Positions 27,683-38,463 of a stretch of DNA of 64,000 nucleotides are shown here, piece after piece. The DNA is from Candidatus Thorarchaeota archaeon (GTDB lineage Archaea; Asgardarchaeota; Thorarchaeia; Thorarchaeales; Thorarchaeaceae): contig JBHLQH010000005.1 of NCBI GenBank assembly GCA_048884965.1, positions 110,157 through 174,156 on the forward strand, in the 5' to 3' direction. Each line of letters starts with the position of its first letter. Within the stretch, counting starts at the first letter, position 1. The position numbers and the translations under genes were made by a program. A model generated the notes under the pieces. That model saw nothing but the letters and a program-made list of their open reading frames with translations. It was not told the origin of the DNA and made no database searches.

Positions 27683-29071
27683 TTGTTTGACCAACTAGAA
27701 AAAGCCCTTGAATATGGTCAAAACCTTGGTGCATCCTATGTTGAGCTAAGAGGTGAATCTGGTTTTGTTGAGTATATTCAGATGGATGATGGCCGCGTTA
27801 ATGCATTGACTCAAAGACTTGAGCGCGGAGTGGCTATCCGAGTATTGGCTGATGGAGCATGGGGTTTCGTTTCAACAGGTGAAATGAATACTCTTACTGA
27901 GAGTGTTGAGAATGCATACAAGATGGCAAAGGCTGCTGCGAAAACTCGACATGAGCGAATCGAATTGATTGATGTAAAGACCCATGAAGAAGTCATCAAG
28001 TCCAAAGGCGAACGAGATCCTCGCTATGTTCCGATCGAGGAAAAGATTCAGTATATGACCAGTATAACTGAAATCGTTCGGAATTATGATCCGCGGATTT
28101 CCGCGGTTACTGTAAAAGTACGAACCGCGTCAGGGCAGAAATACATCGTCACGTCAGATGGTACTCGAATAGAAACACCTGTGTTGTTGGTTTGGGTATA
28201 CCCGTGGGTGTCAGGAAAGGAAGGTATCAGGCTGAGTGCAGCCCGGCATGAAGAAGCTTCAACACACGATGGTTGGGAATTCATGGACACTTTTGCGACT
28301 CCTGAATTCATGGGAGAAACAGTTGCAAAGAGAGTGAAATTACAGCTAGAGGGTATTCCTGCAAAAGGCGGTTCTTTCCCATGCATTGCTGGTCCTCGTG
28401 TCATTGGCGTTCTCGCTCATGAAGCACTGGGTCATCTTGCGGAAGCTGATCTTACAATACAAAGCGCATTCAATGGGAAAGTAGGAGAGGTAGTGGCTTC
28501 TGATGGAGTAAATATGATTGATGATGGTACACTCCCCGATGTTATTGGAACCTCGAAATTCGATGACGAAGGAGTAGCTGCTAGTAGAGTTCACATCATC
28601 AAGGATTCTGTTTTGACCGAGTTGCTGACCAATAGAGAGTATGCAAAGAAGATCGACCAAAGGGCTACGGGAAACGCTCGTGCAGAGAGCTATCTCTATC
28701 CTCCAATAATAAGAATGCGAAATACCTACTTCGATAAAGGCGATAGTTCTATGGAGGAATTACTCGAAGGTATCGAATTCGGGTACTATTGTGTGGACTT
28801 TCGGGGCGGACAAGCACAAATGAATGCAAGTTTCCAAGTCGGCATTCAAGAAGCTTATGAAATAGTGAACGGTGAAATTGGTCGGCCAGTGATGGATTTG
28901 TCAATCTCCGGAATTGCCACAGACTCCTTGTTCAAGATTGAAGGAGTGGAGAAGAAAACCTTTCCATGGGAATCTGGAAGATGTGGAAAGGGACAGGAGG
29001 CGTTTGTTGCATCTGGTGGTCCCAACATCAGATTTGCGCAAGGTGGAATTACATTCGGAGGGAAGAATTGA
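27683..29071 (+). CDS. tldD: TldD metalloprotease subunit
   Basis: GAWGF, HEALGH (HExxxH), DDEG, RMRNT, CGKGQ. Confidence 0.93.
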   Translation: MFDQLEKALEYGQNLGASYVELRGESGFVEYIQMDDGRVNALTQRLERGVAIRVLADGAWGFVSTGEMNTLTESVENAYKMAKAAAKTRHERIELIDVKTHEEVIKSKGERDPRYVPIEEKIQYMTSITEIVRNYDPRISAVTVKVRTASGQKYIVTSDGTRIETPVLLVWVYPWVSGKEGIRLSAARHEEASTHDGWEFMDTFATPEFMGETVAKRVKLQLEGIPAKGGSFPCIAGPRVIGVLAHEALGHLAEADLTIQSAFNGKVGEVVASDGVNMIDDGTLPDVIGTSKFDDEGVAASRVHIIKDSVLTELLTNREYAKKIDQRATGNARAESYLYPPIIRMRNTYFDKGDSSMEELLEGIEFGYYCVDFRGGQAQMNASFQVGIQEAYEIVNGEIGRPVMDLSISGIATDSLFKIEGVEKKTFPWESGRCGKGQEAFVASGGPNIRFAQGGITFGGKN

Positions 29072-30429
29072 TGATTGATGAAAAGGAATTACTTGAACTC
29101 TGTAAGTTTCTAGTCGCTGAAGGAAAGAACATGGGTGCTGATAGCGTTGAGATTCAAGCCCAAGACTCATCCGATTTGCAATCAACTATAGAGATGGGGC
29201 AAGTGTCAAGTGTCAATCTCAATAAGGGAGTTGAGATCGCAATTCGCGTCTTCATCGGGAAAAGGACTGGCTCTGCTTTTACGAATATTCCAACTGAAGA
29301 ATCGACAAAGGAAGCTCTTGAGTTAGCGATTGCCGCAGCAAAGGCTACCACAGAGGATGAATCACATCAATCACTCCCCGAACCAAAGGAATATGCTAAA
29401 GTCACAGGTTTATGGGATGCCTCTGTTGTAGATTCAGAGGCATCAAAGGTTGCAGAGGTATCCACGACTCTTGTTCAGAAGAGCACGCAAGAAGAACCTG
29501 GTCTCATTGCTGGTTTTGGAGGGACAGGAAGCGTTGTGTTTGTAGGCGCCTACGCAAATAGCAATGGTGTTGAACATTCAGAGAAAGGAACTGTTGCATA
29601 TACCTATCTTGCGGGTGTCGCTCCAACAGAAACCGGAATGACTCCCAGTGTGCTAGGGTTTGATGTGCGTCGCGATGCTGCTCTCGATGTCGATTTTGTT
29701 GTAAGAGAGGTAGTAGATAACATCCGGATTGTCAAGAAGACTGTCGCTGGAAGGACAGGCAAATTCAAGGTAATCATGCATCCTGGTGCATATGGGCAAA
29801 TCATGACCTTTACTCTTTTCCAGTCAATTCGCGGTGATAATGTAGCTCGCGGAAAATCTAAGATTGGCGATAAGATTGGCGAGAAAATCGGGTCTGAACT
29901 TATCACCATCGTGGATGATGGCTTGGACATCCGAGGACTTAATGCAAGTATTGCAGATGACGAAGGAGTTCCCCGTCAACGGACTCCAATAATTGAGAAT
30001 GGCGTTCTGCGTTCATTCATCTGGGATAACTATTGGGCACGAAAGATGGGAGTTCAGAGCACAGGAAATGCAAAACGGAATAAGCGGCAGGGACTAGTGG
30101 AAGTATCCACGAGCAATATCATCATTGAACCTGGGTCCCGTGATCTCGATTCTATTCTCTCAGAGATTGAGTATGGTTACTACATTCGCGGCGTTCAAGG
30201 AGCTCATAGCTCCAATCCTGAATCTGGTGACTTCAGTGTTGTAGGTAATCCTGCCATTCTAATTGAGAATGGACGTATGGTAGGTGCGGTGCATGGTCTA
30301 ATGCTATCTGGAAATATCTACGATTTGTTGAAACAAGTTGATGAGGTTGCCAGTGATCCCAAGAACATGCAGGACCTGATTGCGCCTGAGATCGTCTTCA
30401 ACGATGTTGATGTGATATCAAAAGAATAG
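29071..30429 (+). CDS. pmbA: PmbA/TldE subunit
   Basis: DDEGVP, STGNA, SGDFS, no HExxxH; TGATG coupling with tldD. Confidence 0.9.
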   Translation: MIDEKELLELCKFLVAEGKNMGADSVEIQAQDSSDLQSTIEMGQVSSVNLNKGVEIAIRVFIGKRTGSAFTNIPTEESTKEALELAIAAAKATTEDESHQSLPEPKEYAKVTGLWDASVVDSEASKVAEVSTTLVQKSTQEEPGLIAGFGGTGSVVFVGAYANSNGVEHSEKGTVAYTYLAGVAPTETGMTPSVLGFDVRRDAALDVDFVVREVVDNIRIVKKTVAGRTGKFKVIMHPGAYGQIMTFTLFQSIRGDNVARGKSKIGDKIGEKIGSELITIVDDGLDIRGLNASIADDEGVPRQRTPIIENGVLRSFIWDNYWARKMGVQSTGNAKRNKRQGLVEVSTSNIIIEPGSRDLDSILSEIEYGYYIRGVQGAHSSNPESGDFSVVGNPAILIENGRMVGAVHGLMLSGNIYDLLKQVDEVASDPKNMQDLIAPEIVFNDVDVISKE

Positions 30430-30532
30430 GTAAAGCTGTGGTGGTTACACCCACCACACATCTTTCATCCCTGAAAACAGAAAGCATATCTGTCAATCAG
30501 GTTGTGTGCTCAAATAGTAACGAGGTTGAATC

Positions 30533-33500
30533 ATGTATAGACATCTGCTTGTATTGCTACTTGTTTTCTCAACTCTTCAAATTCCTATGGTTATGTCAAC
30601 TTCTACCGTTTACTCAGATATTTCAACGAAGGTGACCGATTCGTATATCGAATCACAGCTAAAGATGGAACTTCAAGAGTATGCAAATCGAGCATCTGCG
30701 TTCAGATCATCATCTACTAGCTCTGGCGTGAGCAGCATCCTTAGATTTGAGCTCGAACTCACAACTGATCAAATTAATTTCGCTGAATCTCTAGGTATTG
30801 AGTTCAAGAAACGGAATAGTCAAGTCGTTCATGTAGGAAGTATCTACCTAGCCACTGTTTCAACTCTGACCGCAATCACAGATATCTCCCCACTCGGTTT
30901 ACTTCAAGCTTCATCTGGATCCAAGAAATTCTATCCCTCTCTTTCTTCATCAGTTCCAGCAATAGACGCTCCTGAGGTCTGGAGGGATTTCACGATTGAT
31001 GGCACTGGGACGCGAGTAGCTGTGATAGACACAGGGGCTTCATGGCTCCATCCTTCTCTTTGGCGAGCATCCTCTGAGGAATATGATATTCTTACAGATG
31101 GTTCCCACTTCTATGTGGATATCGACGATGATTCCGTTATTGACTCTGATGAAGGCCCAATAAATACTGTAACTGGGCAAAGTGGCTCTTCCATTGATTA
31201 TAGTGAGGATTACATGTTCATAGACATCGGCGATAATGGCAGATTTGACTACAGCTTGGGCGACCGCTGGCTTGGTGGAATTGATGCAAATGATAACACA
31301 TTCATCGATTTAGCATCGGAGAAAGTTGTTATATTAGGGGAATCAAAGGTTGCAATTCTATACGACCAAACAATTGCAAGTGTATTTGTAAGGGGCGTCA
31401 ATCTCACGGATGCAGTCAACATAGGTGATACAAATGGTCATGGTACGCATGTAGCTTCCACAATCGCTGGTGGCCAGATTGGTATGATTAATTATGTAGG
31501 CGTAGCGCCTGGAGCTGATCTCATCATCATTAAGAGTCCTCTTGATTCGGAGAGTGTCCTAGATGGAATCGCATTTGCCGCAGAGAATGATGCAGATGTG
31601 ATCAATATGTCCTTCTCGAGCTATCTGGGTTTTCTTGATGGGACGGATCTTGAGGACCTTGCAATAAGTGAAGCATTCCTCCAATATGGAACTCTTTCCA
31701 CGCTTGCTGCAGGAAATCTTGGTGGGCGTCCGAAACATGCAAGCTTCACAGTAGCATCTGGTGAAGAGGAAAGTGCGACCTTCAATGTACAGAACCCTCC
31801 CGACTATTCCTTCCTGAACATCCTATGGCGAAGTGACAATGATGACGAGCATATTATTCTCACACCACCAAACTCTGAGGAGCAAATCGATCTAGGCTCA
31901 TTCAATGAGATACTTCGCGATCCATTCGAGATAAATCATGCTAACATCTCGGCATACGTTTTTCCTGACCAGAGCATTAAAGGAATGAATCGAATCATCG
32001 TTCAAGTTTCCGCTCAAGATCACTTTTGGGCCAATGGTGGATGGACTCTTACTGTTTCAAATCCTACAGGTGATGCGATTACAGTTCATGCATATGCATG
32101 GGATAATAACTGGGGTGGTACTGCACTTCGTTTCACATCCAAGATTGATTATACGCATCTTATTAGCTCGCCTGGGACATCCGACCTTGGTATCACTGTG
32201 GCGTCTTACAATGAGGTTACCCTAGATCTCAGCTCATCTTCTAGCATTGGTCCAAGGGTTGATGAAGTAGTCAAGCCAACAGTGACAGCTCCTGGTGATC
32301 AGATTCGAGCTGCCTATAACAGTGTGGTTTCATTATGGGTTAGTCGTTCTGGGACTAGTATGGCTGCACCTCACGTTGCTGGGGTTGTAGCACTTATCAA
32401 AGCTGCTTCAGGAGATTCAAATGGATGGCGCACACTTTCTGCACTACTAGAAGGTAGCGGGGGGTCTGAGAATCATTATAACACTCCCTCGATGTCGTGG
32501 GGATTTGGGATGGTGAATCCAGTTTGGTCCGTACAGCATGTTCTATCTCCATCCGATTCAGTACATTGGAATGGAGTTCCTCTTCTTGCATCTGATACCT
32601 TGGATCCGATTCTCCCCTCTTCACTTGACTTCCTAAATGCCAGTGTCTACCTGACAAACGAGAGTACTTGGTATAAGATTGGTTTCAGAGGCACTCCTGA
32701 TTTTTCAAGTGACAACATCTTCACATTGAATTGGGATACCGATAACTCAATGGCATCAGGTAGTCTTGGTGTCGATTTGAAGGTGAATATCTCCAATGGT
32801 ATTGCCAGAACCTATGAATGGCAAAGTGGCTCCTTCGTTGACATAGGGGTTGTGGATTGGTCAAACTCATCGAATAACCTCTACTTTTCTTTGGATCACA
32901 TTCTTGGTGTTGATTTCGGAAGAGTAGAATTCCAATGTGGTGACAACTCCAATTCATCTATAGACACAATATCTACCGCAACATTGGCTAATCAATGGTC
33001 GCCACTCATTGAATCATTCTCAATTGAATTCTTATCAGATGATGTCTACAGTGTTTCTCTTGAGATTTCTGATAGAGATACAGATTCAAGCCTTTTGGAC
33101 ATAGAGCTTGATGTGGTTGATGGAGGATTGACTTCTCTAGATACATTAACAGAAAGTGGCAAGTATCTTTTCGTCGGGACTGTGGATATTTCCGAAATCA
33201 CTGTCGATGAGATGTTGTCACTCTTACTATCAGTATCTGATAGCTTGAAGGATTTGATCATACCACCAATCCTTCTCTCAGGAGGTAGTTCACTAAAACT
33301 AGAAATCACTGAAGGCTTCTTGGATCATACTGTTGTCAGAGTTGGCCTCTTCATATCAGAACGAATAACAGGTAACTTTTCAGTTCGTGGTTATTTACTA
33401 GCTGCTGAGGTGCGTCTCTCACTTCAGCTCACATATGGATTGACATTCAATATGACCTTGCTTGGATCAAATGGTGAGTATACATTTGATGTATCGACCT

Positions 33501-33688
33501 ATGGATTAGTTTCTGGAATCTATGATGTACACGCAGTTGCCATCTCACAGGATGGAGCCGAAGTATCTCTTCTGATAGGGCAGCTGACATTAGTCGAAGA
33601 CTATTCGTATGCAATCCTTATAGGGGGAATTGGGATTGGCGTACTAGTTGTCTTCCTTTACATTTGGAGAACGCAGAAGAATCATTGA
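30533..33688 (+). CDS. Membrane-anchored S8 subtilase (paralog of 15429-18107)
   Basis: VIDTG, HGTHVA, GTSMAAPHVAG; signal peptide; C-terminal TM. Confidence 0.93.
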   Translation: MYRHLLVLLLVFSTLQIPMVMSTSTVYSDISTKVTDSYIESQLKMELQEYANRASAFRSSSTSSGVSSILRFELELTTDQINFAESLGIEFKKRNSQVVHVGSIYLATVSTLTAITDISPLGLLQASSGSKKFYPSLSSSVPAIDAPEVWRDFTIDGTGTRVAVIDTGASWLHPSLWRASSEEYDILTDGSHFYVDIDDDSVIDSDEGPINTVTGQSGSSIDYSEDYMFIDIGDNGRFDYSLGDRWLGGIDANDNTFIDLASEKVVILGESKVAILYDQTIASVFVRGVNLTDAVNIGDTNGHGTHVASTIAGGQIGMINYVGVAPGADLIIIKSPLDSESVLDGIAFAAENDADVINMSFSSYLGFLDGTDLEDLAISEAFLQYGTLSTLAAGNLGGRPKHASFTVASGEEESATFNVQNPPDYSFLNILWRSDNDDEHIILTPPNSEEQIDLGSFNEILRDPFEINHANISAYVFPDQSIKGMNRIIVQVSAQDHFWANGGWTLTVSNPTGDAITVHAYAWDNNWGGTALRFTSKIDYTHLISSPGTSDLGITVASYNEVTLDLSSSSSIGPRVDEVVKPTVTAPGDQIRAAYNSVVSLWVSRSGTSMAAPHVAGVVALIKAASGDSNGWRTLSALLEGSGGSENHYNTPSMSWGFGMVNPVWSVQHVLSPSDSVHWNGVPLLASDTLDPILPSSLDFLNASVYLTNESTWYKIGFRGTPDFSSDNIFTLNWDTDNSMASGSLGVDLKVNISNGIARTYEWQSGSFVDIGVVDWSNSSNNLYFSLDHILGVDFGRVEFQCGDNSNSSIDTISTATLANQWSPLIESFSIEFLSDDVYSVSLEISDRDTDSSLLDIELDVVDGGLTSLDTLTESGKYLFVGTVDISEITVDEMLSLLLSVSDSLKDLIIPPILLSGGSSLKLEITEGFLDHTVVRVGLFISERITGNFSVRGYLLAAEVRLSLQLTYGLTFNMTLLGSNGEYTFDVSTYGLVSGIYDVHAVAISQDGAEVSLLIGQLTLVEDYSYAILIGGIGIGVLVVFLYIWRTQKNH

Positions 33689-33701
33689 TTGGAGGAATTG
33701 T

Positions 33702-34982
33702 ATGAAGCTCGTTGTTATCGGATATGGACCTGGAGGCGTATCAGCTGCTACTTCTGCAAGGATATTCAATAGAGATGCGGAGGTAATCATCTACACTAGT
33801 GAACAGCTTGATGCACATCAAAAGCCCGGTGCATCATTAGCCTTGGAGCATCCCGATACAAATGCACTTTTAATTCCTGATTGGTCAATGAAACAGCTCC
33901 GAGAGATGGGAATCGAAATCAATAGTGGAGTTCGTGTTGTTGGAATTGACACTTCTTCAAAGACGCTGAGAATCGATAATGAAGGTTCTCTTACAGAAAC
34001 GAACTACGACAAGTTGATTCTCGCAACGGGAGGTATCCCCTCTGTACCCGAAATGAAAGGAGCTGACCTCGACGGAGTCTTTACTATTCAAGATATGAGT
34101 GACACTTCCAAAATCGGACAAAGATTAGATGGGTTGAGAACGCTTTTTGTTATTGGAGCAGGATTCAGTGGTTTGGAAGTCGCTGAACGCCTCATCGATT
34201 TAGGAAAGGATGTTCATCTCGTCGTCAGGTCTCGATTGATGCGACGGCTTCTCGAAGAGTCAATGAGTGCAGAATTGCTTTCCCGACTGCCAACAACATT
34301 GAATGTGCATATGGGTGTATCACCTGAAGAGATTCTTGGAACAGAAAGAGTCAAGGGTATCAAATTGAACGATACCACTCACAATGCAGATGCAATTCTC
34401 TTCATGACCGGTGTGAAGCCAAATATTGGGTTAGCTACTTCCATGGGCTTACATATTGGAGATCTTGGTGGAATCAAGGTCAATAATCTCTTGGAAACCT
34501 CAATGCAAGATGTCTACTCTGTTGGAGACTGCATTGAGATGTTCGATCGCATTACCGGAAAGCCAATTTTGATGCCTATTGGAAGTGTTGCAGCTAGGGC
34601 CGGGCGTCAGGCGGGTGTTGCAGCAGCTGGTGGCAAGAAAGTCTACGATGATGTATCTATTAGATTCCAGTATGACAGGATATTCGATACAGACATCGTT
34701 TGTGTTGGACATTCCTCCGAAACTGCAAAAAGTGTAGGCTTGAACACGAGTATTCAGTATCTTGAGGATCCTGATGAATTCACCAAAGTGGCATTGGTGA
34801 CAAAGGAAGATGGGACTCTCATTGGGGGCCAAGTGATAGCACCAAGGATGGGTGCGAGAATTGGCTATCAAATTCACGAGCGTGTTGAGAAAGGTGCAAA
34901 GCTAACGAAAGCTCCGCTCCTTGATCCTTTGCACAAGCGCATGCGCGACCTATTGGAATCTACACTGGGTCCTATTCAATAG
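33702..34982 (+). CDS. FAD-dependent pyridine nucleotide-disulfide oxidoreductase (NADH oxidase/CoADR-like)
   Basis: GYGPGG, LILATG, GAGFSG, YSVGDC; GGAGG upstream of ATG 33702. Confidence 0.88.
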   Translation: MKLVVIGYGPGGVSAATSARIFNRDAEVIIYTSEQLDAHQKPGASLALEHPDTNALLIPDWSMKQLREMGIEINSGVRVVGIDTSSKTLRIDNEGSLTETNYDKLILATGGIPSVPEMKGADLDGVFTIQDMSDTSKIGQRLDGLRTLFVIGAGFSGLEVAERLIDLGKDVHLVVRSRLMRRLLEESMSAELLSRLPTTLNVHMGVSPEEILGTERVKGIKLNDTTHNADAILFMTGVKPNIGLATSMGLHIGDLGGIKVNNLLETSMQDVYSVGDCIEMFDRITGKPILMPIGSVAARAGRQAGVAAAGGKKVYDDVSIRFQYDRIFDTDIVCVGHSSETAKSVGLNTSIQYLEDPDEFTKVALVTKEDGTLIGGQVIAPRMGARIGYQIHERVEKGAKLTKAPLLDPLHKRMRDLLESTLGPIQ

Positions 34983-37872
34983 ATGGAGGACTACTTTCCC
35001 ATTCAGGTGACCATTCTCTCTCAAATGGGGCGTTTCTCTTCTTTCCGCTGTAGAACTTCAAGAAGCCAACATATGCCAAGGCTAGTCCAACAATACCGAG
35101 AAGTCCATATACCACACCCATAAGAACTTCATCTTCCAGCGCTGAAACAGGTATCAGAATTGTCTTTGAGTAGGTCCTGACATATCCTTGCTCATTTGTG
35201 GCAATAATTTCGATTTCATAGAATCCAGTTTCTTCTAGAATGAACTCGACCGTGTATTTGTATCCCAATGACTCAATAACTGGTGCATCAATTTCATTTC
35301 CATTCGGATTTGTAATAGTGATTTCCACAGACTCCATATCCTCATCGAAGATGTAAGCAGTCAGATTCGCCTCTTCTCCGACATTTGCTGAATACATCTT
35401 GACATCATAGATCCTTGGCAGATTGGGTATAATAGCTTCTGCAATGTTCTCAAGTAGCTTCAAGTTATCAGCTCCACTGAGAATCGCATCATAGATGCTT
35501 GTGTCGTAGAGAATGGATCCATCTGATAATGCTATGACTTTGCCCTCTCCTGATTCGGCTACTGCAACAATTGCATGTGTTCTTGCTGCGTCCGTCCAGA
35601 CCAATCCTTTCGCACCTACGATAGAAGAATCAATCGATAGGCTTCCACCATTCAGAACATATACGTTCCTAACACCATCGGTCAATGTATCTGCATCCAC
35701 TGCTCCTCCATGGTCTGCTCCATACACATCTCCATTATTTTCTCCTATCCAGTATTCCTCGCATTGGATACCATATGGCTGCAAGATTTGATTGTATGAA
35801 GCTATGGAGAACGCTGGTTGATTAGTTTGTGAGTCGAATCCTTCAGATAGAATAATGAGTGTACCACCACCATTTACAAAGGAGTGAATAAGATCAATCT
35901 CGTTTTGTGTATAGGCCGCTTCAGTATCCATAATCAAGAGTACTTCTGTTGCTTCAAGTGATGCGGCATCGAATGCTTTAGGAAGAATGAACTCATCTTC
36001 CCAATTCTCTGGATATTCTGAAATCACCATACCTTGTTCCCTCAAGTACTCAGTAAAGTATCTGTAGTAGGAAACATCGTCTGGATCTTCAGTCGAATGA
36101 TGCCCCATATCTACCAGCAATCGACCACCATAAGTAGTAATTAGTAAATTCAACTCCATTGTTGCAATAATGTCATCCCCAGATATCAAATTCAAAGAAC
36201 CACTATAAGTTCCCAATGCAGATAGAGGAAGATTACTTGGAACGTCAAGGCTTATACTGAAATAGCTATATCCTACAGAAACATATACTTCTGACTCTGT
36301 TACCACAAATTGGGAAGCATTTCCTGTCATCTCGATATCTAGATTCCCTCGATTGACAGTGGAGATAACAGTGGCATTGGTTGGATCTCTTCTGTCTCCA
36401 ACTATCAATACCTGACTAGTACCAGGCAATGTTGGATATCGAAGAGGAGCGATCAATGTTGCTACACCAGAACTGCTAGCAATCAGCTCGGATGATCTTG
36501 TTGCATTAACTAGTCCGTATCCTTGCTCGAGAGGGTCGATCCCTAAATCAGTCGCACCACTCATCAAGAATGCTTTTACTTGGATGGGAGTAAGAGCTGG
36601 ATGCTTGTCTATAAGGACAGCAGCTACAGCTGCTATTTGCGGAGCTGATGCTGATGTACCAGACCAGAGTGTGTAATCGGCATCAAATTGTGATACATTG
36701 TATGGTGGATACTCATATGGATTTGCATTATCGATAATGCCAGACAGAACATTATACCCCGGCGCCAACACATCTGGTTTTGCTACTGCACCTACAGGCT
36801 CAGTCCGCTCACGATAGACAGGTCCCCTGCTGCTGAAGGATACTGCATCAGTACCTCCTATGGAAGACCCCACGGTGATGACCTCTTCAACGATTCCCGG
36901 GGATGTGATGGTGTTTGTTGCAGGACCTGAGTTGCCTGCTGCAACAACCACAATAATTCCAGCCTCTACGGCAGCCTTTGCTGCATTGGCTGATGCATCA
37001 GAATAGAGAGGATTATCGAGCCACGCTCCTCCAACACTCAAGCTAATTATGTCTACATTTGCAGTGATTGCATATTCGATTCCCTCAGCGATTACTGAAT
37101 CATCAGCAGCTCCAGATGAATCAAGCGATTTGATTACAAGAACCCCCGCCCCAACAGCTAGACCAGTATACGAATAGTTGGTACCTTCTCCAGATCCCGT
37201 AACCAACCACGTACATGCAGTTCCGTGTCCATTGTCATCATATGCGGCAATCCCGTCTGAAGGATCCAGATCATTCACCTCCCCAACGAGGTCATAGAAC
37301 CCTACTAGCTTCCCTGCTAAATCTGGATGATTCCCATCAGCCCCACTATCAATGACCGCAACAGTGATTCCTGATCCATTATAACCTTCATTCCACAGAC
37401 CATCGACTTGCAATATCTCACTAGGGTGAATATAAGATGCATCAACGGCACTCTGGAACGGTGCCACTAGAGTATCAAGAGGCTCTGCAGAAATATGCCT
37501 ATCGAAGTTGATAGAAATTACACCGTTTAGTGTGGTGAGCTTGTCTATTGCAGTAGAATCCGCATAGAGTGAGATAAATGGAATGTACTGAAAGACCGTC
37601 CTCACTTCGATGCCAACGATAGATGATTTCGAAACAATCTCTTCTATCAGATACGAGCTGTAGTCTGATTCAAACTGGACGGTAATCGGCAGCATTTCTT
37701 CTGGGGACGCTGATGCCATCACCGCTGCAAGATTTGTCGAAACGAGAGATTGTGTCGTTTCGTTTTGGGCTCCTGACATCATGGCAGCGATGCCAAATGA
37801 TGGCAAGATAAGGAGTAGGGCTACAAAGCTCAAGAGGAAGTAGTTGGAAAAGGTCTTAGTTCTTCTAGACAT
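34972..37872 (-). CDS. Membrane-anchored S8 subtilase with site-1-protease-like architecture
   Basis: VIDSG, HGT, AAGNSG, GTSAS; post-catalytic Ig-like and DUF4350/GATase-like domains; TM and short tail. Confidence 0.9.
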   Translation of the reverse strand: MSRRTKTFSNYFLLSFVALLLILPSFGIAAMMSGAQNETTQSLVSTNLAAVMASASPEEMLPITVQFESDYSSYLIEEIVSKSSIVGIEVRTVFQYIPFISLYADSTAIDKLTTLNGVISINFDRHISAEPLDTLVAPFQSAVDASYIHPSEILQVDGLWNEGYNGSGITVAVIDSGADGNHPDLAGKLVGFYDLVGEVNDLDPSDGIAAYDDNGHGTACTWLVTGSGEGTNYSYTGLAVGAGVLVIKSLDSSGAADDSVIAEGIEYAITANVDIISLSVGGAWLDNPLYSDASANAAKAAVEAGIIVVVAAGNSGPATNTITSPGIVEEVITVGSSIGGTDAVSFSSRGPVYRERTEPVGAVAKPDVLAPGYNVLSGIIDNANPYEYPPYNVSQFDADYTLWSGTSASAPQIAAVAAVLIDKHPALTPIQVKAFLMSGATDLGIDPLEQGYGLVNATRSSELIASSSGVATLIAPLRYPTLPGTSQVLIVGDRRDPTNATVISTVNRGNLDIEMTGNASQFVVTESEVYVSVGYSYFSISLDVPSNLPLSALGTYSGSLNLISGDDIIATMELNLLITTYGGRLLVDMGHHSTEDPDDVSYYRYFTEYLREQGMVISEYPENWEDEFILPKAFDAASLEATEVLLIMDTEAAYTQNEIDLIHSFVNGGGTLIILSEGFDSQTNQPAFSIASYNQILQPYGIQCEEYWIGENNGDVYGADHGGAVDADTLTDGVRNVYVLNGGSLSIDSSIVGAKGLVWTDAARTHAIVAVAESGEGKVIALSDGSILYDTSIYDAILSGADNLKLLENIAEAIIPNLPRIYDVKMYSANVGEEANLTAYIFDEDMESVEITITNPNGNEIDAPVIESLGYKYTVEFILEETGFYEIEIIATNEQGYVRTYSKTILIPVSALEDEVLMGVVYGLLGIVGLALAYVGFLKFYSGKKRNAPFEREWSPEWESSPPSIE

Positions 37873-38036
37873 TGTGGGGTGTCCATCCGTTCTTTGCTCA
37901 TTGGGATTAAAGTTAAGGTTTTGCTTGAGGGCGGGAATGTAGCAGTGTGTTGATTTTCTCGGATTTACCGAGCTATGAGAGTAAATCGGTTCATGCCCAT
38001 ATCATTATTGAAGATACTTCAAGGAGTAGTCTGAAA

Positions 38037-38327
38037 ATGGGAACTGAATCACAACAATATGAAAGAAGATTGCAGCTGAAGCATTTCTTTGATGATAGAG
38101 ATACTGGTGCCAAGCGCAGGACTTGGCTAGAGCTACAGATGGCCCTACCTCATAAGACTTCGGAGGGCTGGGTTAATGATGGAAAGGTACGACTCTCCTT
38201 AGGCGAGGACCGAGATATCAAAGGAGCCTTCATCCTGAATGTCGATGAAGCTTGCCGCTTGTATAAGGCACTGGAACTCTTGATCCAAGACCACGAGTTA
38301 CAAAAAGCATCTCTCTGGCGAGAATAA
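38037..38327 (+). CDS. Small hypothetical protein
   Basis: 96 aa from ATG 38037 with AAGGAG upstream. Confidence 0.7.
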   Translation: MGTESQQYERRLQLKHFFDDRDTGAKRRTWLELQMALPHKTSEGWVNDGKVRLSLGEDRDIKGAFILNVDEACRLYKALELLIQDHELQKASLWRE

Positions 38328-38463
38328 TTCATCTGATTTGTTCCACCCTCTCTATTTTGGTGGAACAAGTTACTCTATTTATGGCTGAAATACAGTGTAA
38401 GAAGAGATATATTTCAAGAACCTATCAATCAAAGCAGTAAAGTGTAATCAGGAGGAACTGTAT

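Noticed and set aside
27683-30429. TldD/PmbA as the dedicated protease of the rSAM system
   Set aside because: About 22 kb away with many unrelated genes between; TldD/PmbA are common in archaea.
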